A stretch of DNA of 64,000 nt from Cyanophora paradoxa CCMP329 (GCA_004431415.1 QPMI01000518.1:24796-88795); one strand, 5' to 3'; positions 46,317-57,820 are shown, counted from the first letter of the stretch. Notes: generated from the sequence alone by a model not told the origin. A program made the numbers and translations.

Positions 46317-47327
46317 TTACGCAAAACTCGCAATTACAGGATAAGATGGATGGGTTTCCGCCATCCTCCTCTTGAAATATTCATACACAGGATCACCAGC
46401 AGGTTCATCACCATATCGAATTTCGAAGGTGAGGTGCACAGGTTGACCTTCGAAATCAATTGGTTCATTAATTGCATTCACAATGTCAACCGAAAATGTG
46501 GAGAGCCCCAGATTCTTGTTATAGTATTTATAAATCGGATGGGCTTCTGTTGAATTATAAACGACATGCTCACCATAATCTTTATCAGGAACCACGATTT
46601 TGTGGAAATATCCAGTGAGGAGACCATCACCACATTGCACAAGATCACCCAGCTCTTTTACTCTCACAAATAGGACACTATCCCTGGTCTTCTCGGGTTC
46701 AAATGAAGATATAATACCATGCACCATCGACCCAGTGAAGATACCATCAGTAAGAGTATTATAAACCTGAGATTGGATTGGTGTGTTACCATATCTTCCA
46801 GGATCAAGACCAAGCAGTCGAGCAGAACTCAAAAACCTCTGAATCTGTGCCTGGGTTGGGTTAATTGCGGTTGAGAAAGCCAGGTAAAACGGTATGGTGG
46901 AATGGAATATTACTCGTTTCAGTGTATCATCCCATTTGCAACGAATAGCTACTGCTGGTTCTCTCAATGCAAGTTTGGAGTTAATTACATTCACCAGTTG
47001 TTGGTGGTTTTGAATGGGTGTGCTGCGACTTATCACAATGTGTTTCCATGATTCATAATCGGCAGCAGGTCGATCAGTTGGAATACCAGTGCTTCCTGCA
47101 CCAGCATAACTTTCAGACCAATAAAGGTAGAATGCATTATCTATTGTCACATCTCCTACTTTGGTTTCACCACTCACCATGGGGATGCTGTTATAGAATT
47201 CTGCTGAGACCAGTCTTACTGCTCTTACAAATTCATATGTGCTGGGGAGGCGAGCAATAAAACTCGAAGTAGGTCCATCTCCCGAAATTGTATTAAAAGA
47301 GCTCACTTCAATGTAATCCACAGGCAT
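46317..47327 (-). CDS. Minor capsid (penton) protein A
   Basis: SSF..RLP...VRAVRLVSAEFYNS at the N-terminus and FSVDIVNAINEPIDFEGQPVHLTFEI at the C-terminus. Confidence 0.75.
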   Translation of the reverse strand: MPVDYIEVSSFNTISGDGPTSSFIARLPSTYEFVRAVRLVSAEFYNSIPMVSGETKVGDVTIDNAFYLYWSESYAGAGSTGIPTDRPAADYESWKHIVISRSTPIQNHQQLVNVINSKLALREPAVAIRCKWDDTLKRVIFHSTIPFYLAFSTAINPTQAQIQRFLSSARLLGLDPGRYGNTPIQSQVYNTLTDGIFTGSMVHGIISSFEPEKTRDSVLFVRVKELGDLVQCGDGLLTGYFHKIVVPDKDYGEHVVYNSTEAHPIYKYYNKNLGLSTFSVDIVNAINEPIDFEGQPVHLTFEIRYGDEPAGDPVYEYFKRRMAETHPSYPVIASFA

Positions 47328-47355
47328 CTTCTTTTATCTATAAACATATATTAAA

Positions 47356-48288
47356 ATGATTCGGCTGGTCAATATAGATAGCAGAGACCGATCAGATGGA
47401 CAAATAGAAAACTCCTACAAGGTTTCACTCACAACCCCAGTGACCAAACCAAGAGAATGTCGAGTTTTGTATGCAGAGATCCCCAACAGCATCTATAACT
47501 CCATTGGAACAGACCACCTTCTTGTCAGATTCTACTACCAAGGCATCTCTGAAACCAAGCAGGTCTTCCTTCTCCCAAGTGGTTACATAAATCAAGGTCA
47601 TTTCGGGGTCACCACTCCATATAATTATGGTCTGAATTTCACATTTACTGGGAGCAACAATCTCACATATGCATTCAAGGTCTACTACAACCCTACCTCC
47701 TACAAATTGGAGTTTTACAGTAATGTTCAATTCGATATGGTTGCATCTACACAGAGATTGGGTAAACTTCTTGGTGTGAGTTCAGTGGAGTGGGTGGCTT
47801 CCACCGAACAGATTTACGATTTCCCAGAGTCTGCAAGGTCTTTATATGCCCCCGAGAATTTCCTTTATTTTTCAGGAATACCAATCACCCCAAACCATCC
47901 CCAATGGGGAATCACATTCACAGGATATGAATTCGAGGCATCTCGCTTAAACTACAAGTTAGAAGCATCCAAGATGACAGATATGAATGCAGAACAGTAT
48001 TTATACATGCACATTAAAGAACTCTCCCCATTTGCTACAAACCACAATATTGTCCCAAGATCACAACCACAGAATCAAGGGGCGATTCTCAGATTGCAGT
48101 TAAGTAAAGATATTGGGCAGTATGTTTATCACAGTGGAGAGCACAGTGAATACATAAAAATAACCGATCGAAACCTGGTGATTAGAGAGTTAACAGTTGA
48201 GTTTCGCGATTATTATGGTGATCTTGTAGATATGAATGGAATTGACAACTCATTCCAGTTAGAGTTCTTGGCTATTGGTAATGATTAA
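47356..48288 (+). CDS. Minor capsid (penton) protein B
   Basis: NIDSRDR...YAEIPNSIYN and LTVEFRDYYGDLVDMNGIDNSFQLEF, typical PLV/NCLDV penton termini. Confidence 0.8.
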   Translation: MIRLVNIDSRDRSDGQIENSYKVSLTTPVTKPRECRVLYAEIPNSIYNSIGTDHLLVRFYYQGISETKQVFLLPSGYINQGHFGVTTPYNYGLNFTFTGSNNLTYAFKVYYNPTSYKLEFYSNVQFDMVASTQRLGKLLGVSSVEWVASTEQIYDFPESARSLYAPENFLYFSGIPITPNHPQWGITFTGYEFEASRLNYKLEASKMTDMNAEQYLYMHIKELSPFATNHNIVPRSQPQNQGAILRLQLSKDIGQYVYHSGEHSEYIKITDRNLVIRELTVEFRDYYGDLVDMNGIDNSFQLEFLAIGND

Positions 48289-48574
48289 ACCGATCCTGAT
48301 AGAAGAACTCCCCATCTGTCTCGAAAATATTAAGAATGGGACTCTTTCGATCTTCTGTATACCATCGGCGAATTGTCTTATCCCATTTAGCACCATTCTT
48401 TTTCAAGAATCTACAAAGAGTTGATCTCCTTGTAATTCGCAATCCCATCTCTTGAAAGATCTCATAATGATCTTGTATTCTTTTCACAATCAAGATGTAA
48501 GTCCCATGGAAATTGTGATATTGCTGGTTAATCGGCATGTTTCCTTTACAGCATGATGGGAAATCGTTTGTCAT
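48272..48574 (-). CDS. Small protein with DUF5710-like motif (start at 48574 or 48538)
   Basis: LKKNGAKWDKTIRRWY motif. Confidence 0.55.
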   Translation of the reverse strand: MTNDFPSCCKGNMPINQQYHNFHGTYILIVKRIQDHYEIFQEMGLRITRRSTLCRFLKKNGAKWDKTIRRWYTEDRKSPILNIFETDGEFFYQDRFNHYQ

Positions 48575-48585
48575 TTTTTGGCGAA

Positions 48586-49969
48586 ACGAGAGTATCTCAT
48601 GAGATAGATGAGAGAATAACAGGTGTGTTTTCAGGGTTGGAGAAATCGGAGAAACATAGAGTATTGCGATTTCCGAGTTAGTTGACACTGAGAAATTCAG
48701 AATTTCAGATGGTCTTACTGAAAATGGTCAGATAATCGGGTGTGACACCTATTTAATTGACTGTGACGCCTCTTTAATTGACTGTGACGCCTGTGACGCC
48801 TGTGACGCCTGTGACGCCTACTTTCAAACTTTTTAAAATTTTCAAAAATGACAGACTTCTTAAAACAGCCGTCACAGCCGTCACAGGCGTCACACCCAAT
48901 TAAAAATGGAATCTCTTTCTCTTACTGAGATATTCAAAAATATATTCTTGTCTTACTGAAATCCGTCTTGTGACACTCTGACACCTACAAAACACTATCC
49001 ATTAATCCACCTTTCCGAAAATGCGAAGTTGTCTTACTGGAAATGGTCTGCAATTTCGCTGTGACACCTAATTTAATTGAGTGTGACGCCTGTGACGCCT
49101 GTGACACCTACTTTCAAACTTTTTAAAATTTTCAAAAATGACAGACTTCTGAAAACAGGCGTCACAGCCGTCACAGGCGTCACAGACATTCTACCCCTCT
49201 TACTGACTTTCTCAAAAACAAATATATCTCTTACTGAATATCATTTGAATACTACCTGTCACACTTGAATTCATTTATTCTGTTTTATAGAACATATGCA
49301 ATCTCATCGATTATTCAATTGGAGACCATGCAACTCTGTGACACTTTTTCGATCAAAAGTATACATCCGCAATCTCATCGATTGTTTAATTGGACATAAT
49401 GCAGTTCCGATATATTCCAATAGAAAATCCGCAATCTAATCGATTGTTTAATTGGAGATAATGCAACTCTGTGACACTTTTTCGGTGCAAAAATGTAAAT
49501 CCGCAATCCCATCGATTGTTTAATTGGACATAATGCAACTCTGTGACAGTTTTTGCGTTTTCCGATACAAAATGGGCGGTGGTCTACTTCAATACCGATG
49601 AGATATATCGAGTTTATGCGAATTTATGCGAATTTATGCGAATTAATCGCGATTATATCGTTCTTTAAGTAGTTTAATGTTAATCAATCGAAGTTATATA
49701 TGTAATCGACAAAGAACATAATCTATCGATATAATATCGATTGAATCAATCGTGAATATGCATTAAATTAAACGCGTTTATCATTTTTAATACAAAGTTT
49801 GCATTAATTTATACAAAGTTTGCATAAAAAGTTAAAGAAATTAATCGATAAATATGTATTTTAGTATTAAATTAACACATATTGAAAAACGAATTTAAAT
49901 CCAGAGTGAATCGAGATCGCGAAGCGATCGAGATGAACGAGGGATTTAAATTCGTTTTTCAATATGTGT
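48586..49969 (-). repeat. Right TIR of element 1 (~1384 bp)
   Basis: Reverse complement of 23566-24951. Confidence 0.95.
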
Positions 49970-50019
49970 CGGTCCTTTCGATGTCTCTTCCAACAACGAG
50001 GCTCCTCCTCGTGTGCGCG

Positions 50020-51347
50020 GCAGCACGCGGAGAAGCTGGGGCGGGACCAGCAGGAGATGTGCGCCGTCGCGCACGGCGTCGCGGATAGCCGCCAGTGGGA
50101 CATGGTGCCCCCGCCCGCCCCCGCCCGCCTCGAGTGCAGCCGCGACCCGACCCGACCGACCCGCGCGGCCCGCCAGATCGTGCAGATGCTCATGATAAAG
50201 CAGCCCGAGTGGATGAGGGTGAGTCGGTGATCACGATACGATAAATTTAAAGCGACCCGGGCCTCCCTCCAGTTATTGTGCGCCGGCCGCGAGCTGAGGG
50301 CCTCGGGCAGGACATCGAGGAGGCGGACCGGCTGACGGGGATGGAGCCGGCCACGTGGGACGACCGCTACAGCATCAACTTCTTCGGGGTGCGGTCGCGC
50401 GCGATCCGCATTGAAGTTTCGGGGCTGTGCGATGCAGTCGCATTCTCCCTCGCGCGCGTCTCGAGCCGGCATGCACGTGCAGGCCCCCGACGACGCCGAG
50501 GAGGCGGAGATCCCCTCCCCCGTCGTCGTTGCGACCCCCAACTCGCGGCCGCGCCGCCCCCTCGGCCCCCAGCCGGCCGCCCGCGTCCTCGCGAGCTACG
50601 GGGCGCCGCCGGCGCCGGCGCGGACGGGGAAGGGGGCGAGGAGGAGGCGCCGGCGACGATGACGGAGGCGGAGTGGAGCGCAATGATCAACGAGCGGATG
50701 AAGAATTCCGTCCTCGCCCTCAGCGTCGTGCGCCGCCCCGCCGGGACGGGCCGTTTGGGCGCCTCCGCGCCGGCTGATGCGCGGGCGCGCCGCGGTGGCA
50801 GCTGGCGGGGGCGAAGGAGGCGGCGGAGAAGGCGCGCGTGAGGTCGCTCACCTGCGAGACGTGCGAGTTCGACAAGCAGCCCGCGCGCAACGCGGCGCGC
50901 CAGAGAGCCATTTTCCCCCCTGCATGTGCATCCTTCAGCCCTCTCCCGTCTGACTGCTACCACTGTACGCTCAGGCGGCGATCGCGAGGCACAAAATGAC
51001 GCCCGCCCACGTGGTGCGCTAGTCGCGGCCGATCCGAACGTCGACTTTCAGCTATAGCTTCTTGAAGCCTTGAATTTCGTTAATATACTATTTTTGCATC
51101 GACTCGAACTGACCCTGGGCGCAGGAGCGGGACCGGTCGTACCGAAAGCTGCTGGCCGACCTCGCCATAATCTGCGAGGATGCCATCGAAGGGTGCGCTG
51201 CGATCGTACACGCGTCCGGCTTGAGTCTCGCATCCCCGTGCAGCCTTGTCGAGCCCCTCGAGCTGTGGATTCGTCGACCCGCACGTGGATTCACACGCGA
51301 GCGCAGGATGCAGGAGACGATAGCGGCGCTGTGCGACCTCGGGGGCC
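50020..51347 (+). CDS. Host TRANK1-like gene, right copy, exons between the two viruses
   Basis: HAEKLGRDQQEM..QWDM, LTCETCEFDKQP and ERDRSYRKLLADLAIICEDA match left-copy exons HGEKLLGDRQEM..QWDM, CDACECKKQP and ERKRLYHKLLLDLASICEDA. Confidence 0.7.
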
Positions 51348-51774
51348 AAAAAAAATGAGAGAGGACCTGATTCTGTGGCCCACCCCTCTTCACCACCCTC
51401 ACCTCTCCGAACCCACCCCAACCCACCCAATCCAGCGTCTTCCCAGCCATCACTCTCGCCAACCCTTCCGCTACGTCTACCGCCCTTCTCTCCCTCTGGT
51501 CTACCTCCCTTCCATCCAGCAACCACTAGGTAGTATCTAACGTCTACTCCAATCGATCTTGCAAAAGATATAGCAGTGATTTGAGACGGGCCCCAACGCG
51601 ACGGTCTGCAGAGATAGCTTAATCAGCAGCTAGGCGTTAATACTGTGTTCTTCCTATCTAAATAGCGGAGAGGTTTCCAGGTTCTAGCTAGACGATAAAA
51701 CTATATAATCGAAGCTGATTGCATATGCGAGTTTAGGTTCTAGTTAGTCAATAATACTGTGTGGATGATAGCGC
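51348..51774 (+). repeat. Left TIR of element 2 (~427 bp), starting with an A run
   Basis: Reverse complement of 61996-62417 with a few small indels. Confidence 0.93.
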
Positions 51775-51850
51775 AGTAGCAATGTTGAAGATTTGGACAG
51801 GAAGTCCTAAAAAACGAAAGATCGAGAGATGTTGAAGATTTGGACAGAAA

Positions 51851-52255
51851 GTATAGTAATGTAGACGAGCTTCTATGCGCTGGCATAAAAGTATAGTAAT
51901 GTAGACGAGCTTCTATGCGCTGGCATAAAAGTATAGTAATGTAGACGAGCTTCTATGCGCTGGCATAAAAGTATAGTAATGTAGACGAGCTTCTATGCGC
52001 TGGCATAAAAGTATAGTAATGTAGACGAGCTTCTATGCGCTGGCATAAAAGTATAGTAATGTAGACGAGCTTCTATGCGCTGGCATAAAAGTGATAGTGC
52101 GCTGATAGTGCGCTGATAGTGCGCTGATAGTGCGCTGATAGCTAGCCGGAGACAAGCCGGAGACAAGCCCGAGACAAGCCTGTGCCAAGCCGGATCCCGG
52201 AGACCAAGCCCGAGCCAAGCCGTCAAGCCAATCGTTACAGGCATCGTTACAGGCA
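51851..52255. repeat. Subterminal tandem array: 6 x 40 bp, then ~4 x 11 bp (TGATAGTGCGC), ~3 x 11 bp (GCCGGAGACAA) and 2 x 12 bp
   Basis: gtatagtaatgtagacgagcttctatgcgctggcataaaa starts at 51851, 51891, 51931, 51971, 52011 and 52051. Confidence 0.95.
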
Positions 52256-52370
52256 TTCACTCCCAGCGATGCCGGAGCCCTAGCTTAGTGAAGCGCTCAG
52301 CATTGGCTTGTACTCGATCGCCGGCCCGACAGGATCAGCACTGCTAGAGGCGATGCGCAGGATCGATGCG

Positions 52371-52800
52371 TTAGCTACAGCAGCTCGCTAGCATTCTCAT
52401 CGACCTCGGGATCGCAACAATCGTCTTAGCAGGAACAGCAGATGCAGGAGGGGCAACCTTCTTATCGACCTTTGTCTTCGTGATCGGTTCATTTAAAATC
52501 TTGTTCTCCATCTTAGTCTCAGCCGCGATGCCAGCTATAAGATCACTAGCTCGCTTCTTTGAAACTGTTTTAAGACCGGTCACAGTTTTAATGAAATACC
52601 TGCTACGATTAGCCGTCTCTGAGATGTACAGCGGCCCATCGTCGTATCCTTAGCTTGCTAGTCTTGGTCTTCTTAGTCCGAGAATTCGGATCTTATCAAG
52701 AATAGCGTTCTCATCGGCGGTAAGAGCATAGTCGTTGGATGCACCCTCACCGCCACCAGCGCGACGGGCTAGCGGTAAGCATCAGTATCACCACTCAAGA
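52371..52800 (-). pseudogene. Frameshifted Lys-rich hypothetical protein, probable homolog of 43287-44021
   Basis: Shared TKxxVDKxVAP motif; fragmented reading frame. Confidence 0.4.
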
Positions 52801-52979
52801 ACTCGATGTGATTCTTCTTAGTAGGGCTGGAAGTGCGCAGCCAAGACTGCATGTCTGTCGACTTCTTCGCGGAGTGCGCAGCCGAGACTGCTTGTCTGTC
52901 GACATCTTTTAACTAGTAGTGGGAAAAAACTTATGCGAACGATCTGTCGAAGGGACGTACTCGCTGGCTGCATTCTTGA

Positions 52980-53785
52980 TTGCGGATTTAGCAGCAGCAG
53001 ACGTGTAAGAGACATCTCGATATCGAACTCTAGCACGAACGAGAACTCCGTGTTTGTGACAGCGTCTGTTCCATTATGATAGCGCAGCGATATGTCAAGT
53101 TCAGACAGCTCAGCGTTTCGATCGAAGCCTGTGACGGGAACACGATCCTCAGATGTGAACTTGATGAGCTCCCCGAATTTTGAGTCGATGTGAATCTTTG
53201 CGATCGAGCCGTTGTATAGGGGTTAAGTGTCAAGATCGAGCCTTTGATCTGCTGAATGTACAGGAACAAATACGTGTGATAAAGTAGATCAACTGGCATA
53301 TCGCTGAACAGCTCGTACGAATATTGTACGCATCGATTGTCTCAGGTGTGTCAAGCTCACTGGAAAGGTCACTGAGAGTCTTCGCAAACCCGAGCAGGTT
53401 CGCTAGTTCGGCCGATGTGAAGCTCAAAATAAAGTCCGCTTCACACAGGAACTAAGCCGCATTGAGATCTCTTCGAACTGAACGACGAACTTGCGCTGAT
53501 AAGTAGTTCCACCGTAACTATACTGCTGGGTTTTAAGAAGCGTGCTTAGATAGTTTGCAAGGGAGGTTGGCGTATAGACTCCGGGCTTGAAAGTGTTGGC
53601 ACGTGTTTTCTCAACGCCAGAGGGATCAAGGGTGCCGTGATAATTGCGGCTTGTGTGGACAGGTTGAACATGTTATGAAACAGTTCTAGCGAATCAACTC
53701 GCACCGACTTTACATTAACGAGGGCCTGGGAGATTGATCTTGAAATTCGAGGACGTGCCTTCGAACCGGTCCCTAGAATCGACAT
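52980..53785 (-). pseudogene. Minor capsid (penton) protein, frameshifted
   Basis: Fragments GTSSNFKINL, VNVKSVRVDSLELFHNMFN, LANLLGF, YLFLYIQQI and EFDIEMSL follow penton order. Confidence 0.6.
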
Positions 53786-53844
53786 TTACGCGGAGCTTCA
53801 TCTTACAACAATATGCATGAAAATTTTCTGGTCTATAATAGCAA

Positions 53845-55013
53845 ATGGCGCAAGCAGGAACAACTCTAAAGGAGCTCCTCACTACCAAGGTTCAAGCGAG
53901 CTTTATCTATCCCGGGTCTCACTGTCGGTGTCAGCCCCAAGTTCAAGCCTTCTTGAAACGATCCGTCCGCGAGGCAACTCGTACGGCTTCGCGCAGACTG
54001 CGCTTTCGACCTTCCGCGCAAGCAACTTCTAACGGTGTCTCGCTATACTTTAAGGTCAGCGTCGCTGGCGGAGCGGCCGCCTCAGTGCTGCCGAATGGCG
54101 CAGGTGCATTTATTGAAAACGTGCGCTTTGTTCATGGATCCTTCAAGATGGTGATCCCAGGAGACTGGCTTACTGTGAACGCGCTCATCGATAATAGCGT
54201 TGCATCCGCCCAGGCTTTTGCTAGCAGCTACGGCTTTGGAAAGGACGCTGCTCTTGAGATTCTCGATGCCAGTCGCGAGTATGTGCTAAAGATCCCTCCC
54301 AGCTCTGGGACAATTCATACTTCCCGCTCCTCGCACTGGCTGACATGCCCACCGTCGAGATTGATTCCGTCGGCTTCGGTGGTTGGAACTGTCGCTAGTG
54401 CTGTTGCAACTCTAACGGATTGTGCCTGGTTTGCCAGTTCGTGAATATCCTAGCGAAGAGGCTGAGTCTATGCTTAAATCTGCAAACGAGAGCGGTGTAT
54501 TCGAATTCCTTTCACGAGATTATTTCAAAGCGCTCGAGGCAGTTAAAGACTGACGACGCGGGGAATGCAGTCGAAATCTCCTTGCCAACGTCAGCGGCTT
54601 GTGCACGCGATCCTGATGACAGTGCGTAATGCGAATCACCTGGGCACTCGCATCACAATTCATTTGCTGGCAACGGAAATGCGCTGAAAATCGATTCGTT
54701 TGAGATCATGCACAACAACGAACTCTCGACATCAGCAATAAGCCAATCTCTGGGTTTGTATCATCGTGCTATCACATTCCAACTCAATACCGCGGTGCAA
54801 CCACTGGCAATTCAGCTCTTGGCTTCGAGGACGGAAATGTCTATGGATTGTGGCTTTCGAAATCTGGCAAAGACTCACTGCATAACGCTGTCCTCGCTAC
54901 ACGACTTCTTTAATTCCAGCAGCAGCTACTGCTCGCTAACTGTGACCGGCTGCACAACGCAGCGCCAGCAGTTGTTGACTCCACGTCCTGCGCCACAATG
55001 TTCTCGTAATTAA
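53845..55013 (+). pseudogene. Major capsid protein, frameshifted
   Basis: GAGAFIENVRFVHGSFKMVIPGDWL aligns with PVGALVSRLEITYGSYTFHVPSDFL of the element 1 MCP; it lies directly upstream of the ATPase. Confidence 0.65.
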
Positions 55014-55053
55014 CTCGTATCAAATGTCAACTCTAAAGGTAAGTAACTTCTAG

Positions 55054-55720
55054 ATGGATATCAAACTGTTTGATCCTACAGAAATAAAACTGCCTAAACG
55101 GTTCTTGTTTGTCGGTCCAACAAACTCGGGCAAGAGCACCTACGTAAAACACGTGCTAAATGCTGTAGCGCACTTAGACGATATTTACGTCTTCAGTACG
55201 ACCGCATTTACTGGGCAATGGAATGATACAACACGACCAAGTATATCCAGGAAGAATGGGATCCAGTTTTGGTTGAAGCGCTGCTAGAACGACAAAAGAA
55301 AGAAGACGCAAAAATGATGATCGCAGAATTGCAATTGTTTAGACGATTACTTGACAATGACCTAGTAATGTCCACAGTGACAGACTCATGCAAAAGCTAT
55401 TTACTTCTGGCCGTCATTACAACACACCCTTTTCATAACGACTCAACGTCTTTGTGGCATCAGTCGACGATTCGGCGGAACTGTGAGTACGTTTGCTTTT
55501 CGTCGATTTTTGAGCAATGTTTAAAGAGTTTCAACACTTGCTTCGACGAATATAATGCCGGAGCGAGTCGAGCAAATCTAATGCGTCTTTTCGTTGAATG
55601 GGGTCATTCGTTTCAGTTTTGATATATGAAGGCGTGAGCGCGGACCGCGTTTATGCTGTTGACAAAGCTCTGGAACGACTTCGGCTTATTGCGCTTTGTG
55701 CGCGTAAAAAAGCAGCGGCG
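55054..55720 (+). pseudogene. A32-like packaging ATPase, frameshifted
   Basis: FLFVGPTNSGKST Walker A; GRHYN and STIRRNCEY fragments in shifting frames. Confidence 0.85.
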
Positions 55721-56450
55721 ATCGAAAGTCCGTAGCCAGGACTGTTTGAGCAAACAACTTGTATATCTGGACGTGATGTCGCGATCCACAGGTAGGAGGC
55801 TCCTTTAAAATACAAAGCTGATGCAGTGACTGGGGTGTAGTTGACTCCTGCTGGCCAACAGTCTCTAGATTTAACTCTTCCTCTGCCGTTTCGAGTTCGA
55901 GTTCCATTAAAAAGATAAAGGGGTGTATTCCCTTCATTCAAACTGTGGGAAGTTCAGCCGCAGAAACGGCTTGTCCTCTTCGCTGGTATGTTCTATAACG
56001 TAAGCAATCACGAGCTTGAGCTGCTGCTTCGGCGGTTGCAAAGTAGCCGATGTTCTTTAGACGGCCATTGATCTGTAATTGCTTTCCATTTACAAAGTCG
56101 CTCATAGAAGCTGACGCCAATGAATCCTGATGTGTTTGTGAGCCGACGGTTTTGGTTCAACATCTGCTGACGCTTTGTCGCAAACGTAGATTCTCGCGAC
56201 GATTATCGAGTTTGTTATTATTAATGTGATCTACAGTAAGGTCATTCTCAGTCTCCAACAATGAACGTATGCAAATACATATTCTTCCATTGATCTTGCT
56301 CCGAGGCTATAACCATTGTTCAAACACCATCGTTTCTCCAGCACTCGATCAGCATCATCCTGTGATACAAAAGCGTAGGCGACGATTACTTTGCGCCGAT
56401 TGCGAATACCGCTAACGGAATCAAAGCAGCTCCTCTGGAACATCTGGAAC
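55700..56450 (-). pseudogene. HNH endonuclease with AP2 DNA-binding domain, frameshifted
   Basis: Fragments AFVSQDDADRVLEKRWCLNNGY, DHINNNKLDNRRENL, NTSGFIGV and QINGRLKNIGYFATAEAAAQARD. Confidence 0.8.
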
Positions 56451-56879
56451 GATGACCCTCCATCTGCGCAGCGAGCTGCTTGTCTGCGACTTTTTCGTTA
56501 CATTTACAGTTTGCATTATCTTTAAGACTTAAAAGTCGCGCTAATTTGTCTTAAAAGGATTTATGTCTCTTATTATTGAGAGACAAACCGAACAATGACT
56601 TCTGCAATTACTGGCGGATTGCGTGTGGCGGTTTAAACGTGGCCGTGGCGACCCCTAAGGTTCGTCTTTTAACAATGGAGCCTATCAGCGAAGAAGAAGG
56701 GGGCTAAACCGTGGAGGGTCACCCCGGAGATTTTAGCAGAGCGACGCAGAAAGAATGCTGAACGCAATCGCAAACTGCGCCACACGAACGAAACATACCG
56801 TTTGAAACAGCTGCCATCACAGCGAAGTATCGAGCTGAGAATCCTGATAGGATCCGGGAGTACCACAGGAATGCTATTG

Positions 56880-57811
56880 CGCGTAGATGCCTCGCGAAGA
56901 GCGGAGCTTCTGTAGAGCTCGAGGTGATGCAGCTTTAGCACCTGCTCGTAGCTTTGGCTCCCCTGCAATCTCAAGCTCTTGAGCTCTCGATACTGGCCGG
57001 CTTTGACCGCTGTATTTTTTGTTTCGATCAACCCTCACGTCTCAATCGTCTCTGCTGTCGCATTTGCACTTCTTCTTTTCGATTCGTGTTTGAGGTGCAG
57101 CTCACGCGTTGACGTATTTCCGATGGTTTAACACGTCTAGAAATTCCACACCGCTGTTTTGTAACGAGTCGAACACGGTTCTTGTCTGCGCCAGCAACTA
57201 TGTACGTCTCCTTGCTTGGCTTTGTGTTCCCTCGCAAAAACGTTGCTTCGGCTCCAGGACTTGCACTTCGGTCCTGTGCGCGGTATGTTCGAATTGTCTC
57301 GTTCAATATCGTTCTGTCGCTGTCTAACTTGATGCAGCTGCTCGGCTACCTGTGTATTTTCCCGCATCCACTTTGGTGAGTGCTCCCGCCGAAAGAGCTG
57401 TGGGCTGTTTCATTGTACGGCCTTGACAATTGCCGGCAAACGTGAGAGGAAATGCGGGGAGCCACGAGCTTCTGTATCAGTCTGAATCAGTGCTCGCAAT
57501 GTCCTCTGCGAACCTGTCGATAATTCCCAGCTTGGAGCCTTTTGAAATGTGATCATCCTTAGCCACATCAGTGTGCATTTTCAACGAGTTCTCTTCAGCC
57601 ATTTCCCGAATTGCTGCTGTGTTGAAGCCGTTGTCTCTGAAAGCCCCATATTCCAGGTAGCTGCTCGATCATTTTTGGAAGCTGCTTAAAAGTCTCGAGC
57701 TTACGGACCACAGCGAAACGGGTTGCAATCTCGACCGCTGCGACAGGCGAAATCTCCAATGAACAGCACGTCAATTTGCCACGCACGGGTGGCGGCAGTA
57801 ATCTGGTACAT
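56880..57811 (-). pseudogene. rve integrase, frameshifted; begins directly at the catalytic core
   Basis: MYQITAATRAWQIDVLF, AVEIATRF, DNG, KLGIIDRF and YNETAHS fragments; 3' end approximate. Confidence 0.7.
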
Positions 57812-57820
57812 CTTTGTAAA

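Larger units (their letters stand above)
23566..49969. mobile_element. Element 1: integrated Polinton-like virus, 26.4 kb
   Basis: Abrupt drop in GC content; intronless dense ORFs; TIRs at 23566-24951 and 48586-49969; 6-bp TSD CGGTCC at 23560-23565 and 49970-49975; pPolB, rve integrase, ATPase, MCP and penton genes. Confidence 0.95.

Noticed and set aside
23566-49969. Classification as a Mavirus-type virophage or canonical animal Maverick
   Set aside because: No separate adenain-like maturation protease was recognised, and the MCP and pentons look PLV-like; a phylogeny is needed for a firm assignment.
51851-52090. 6 x 40-bp array as a CRISPR
   Set aside because: The units are contiguous and identical with no unique spacers, and there are no cas genes.
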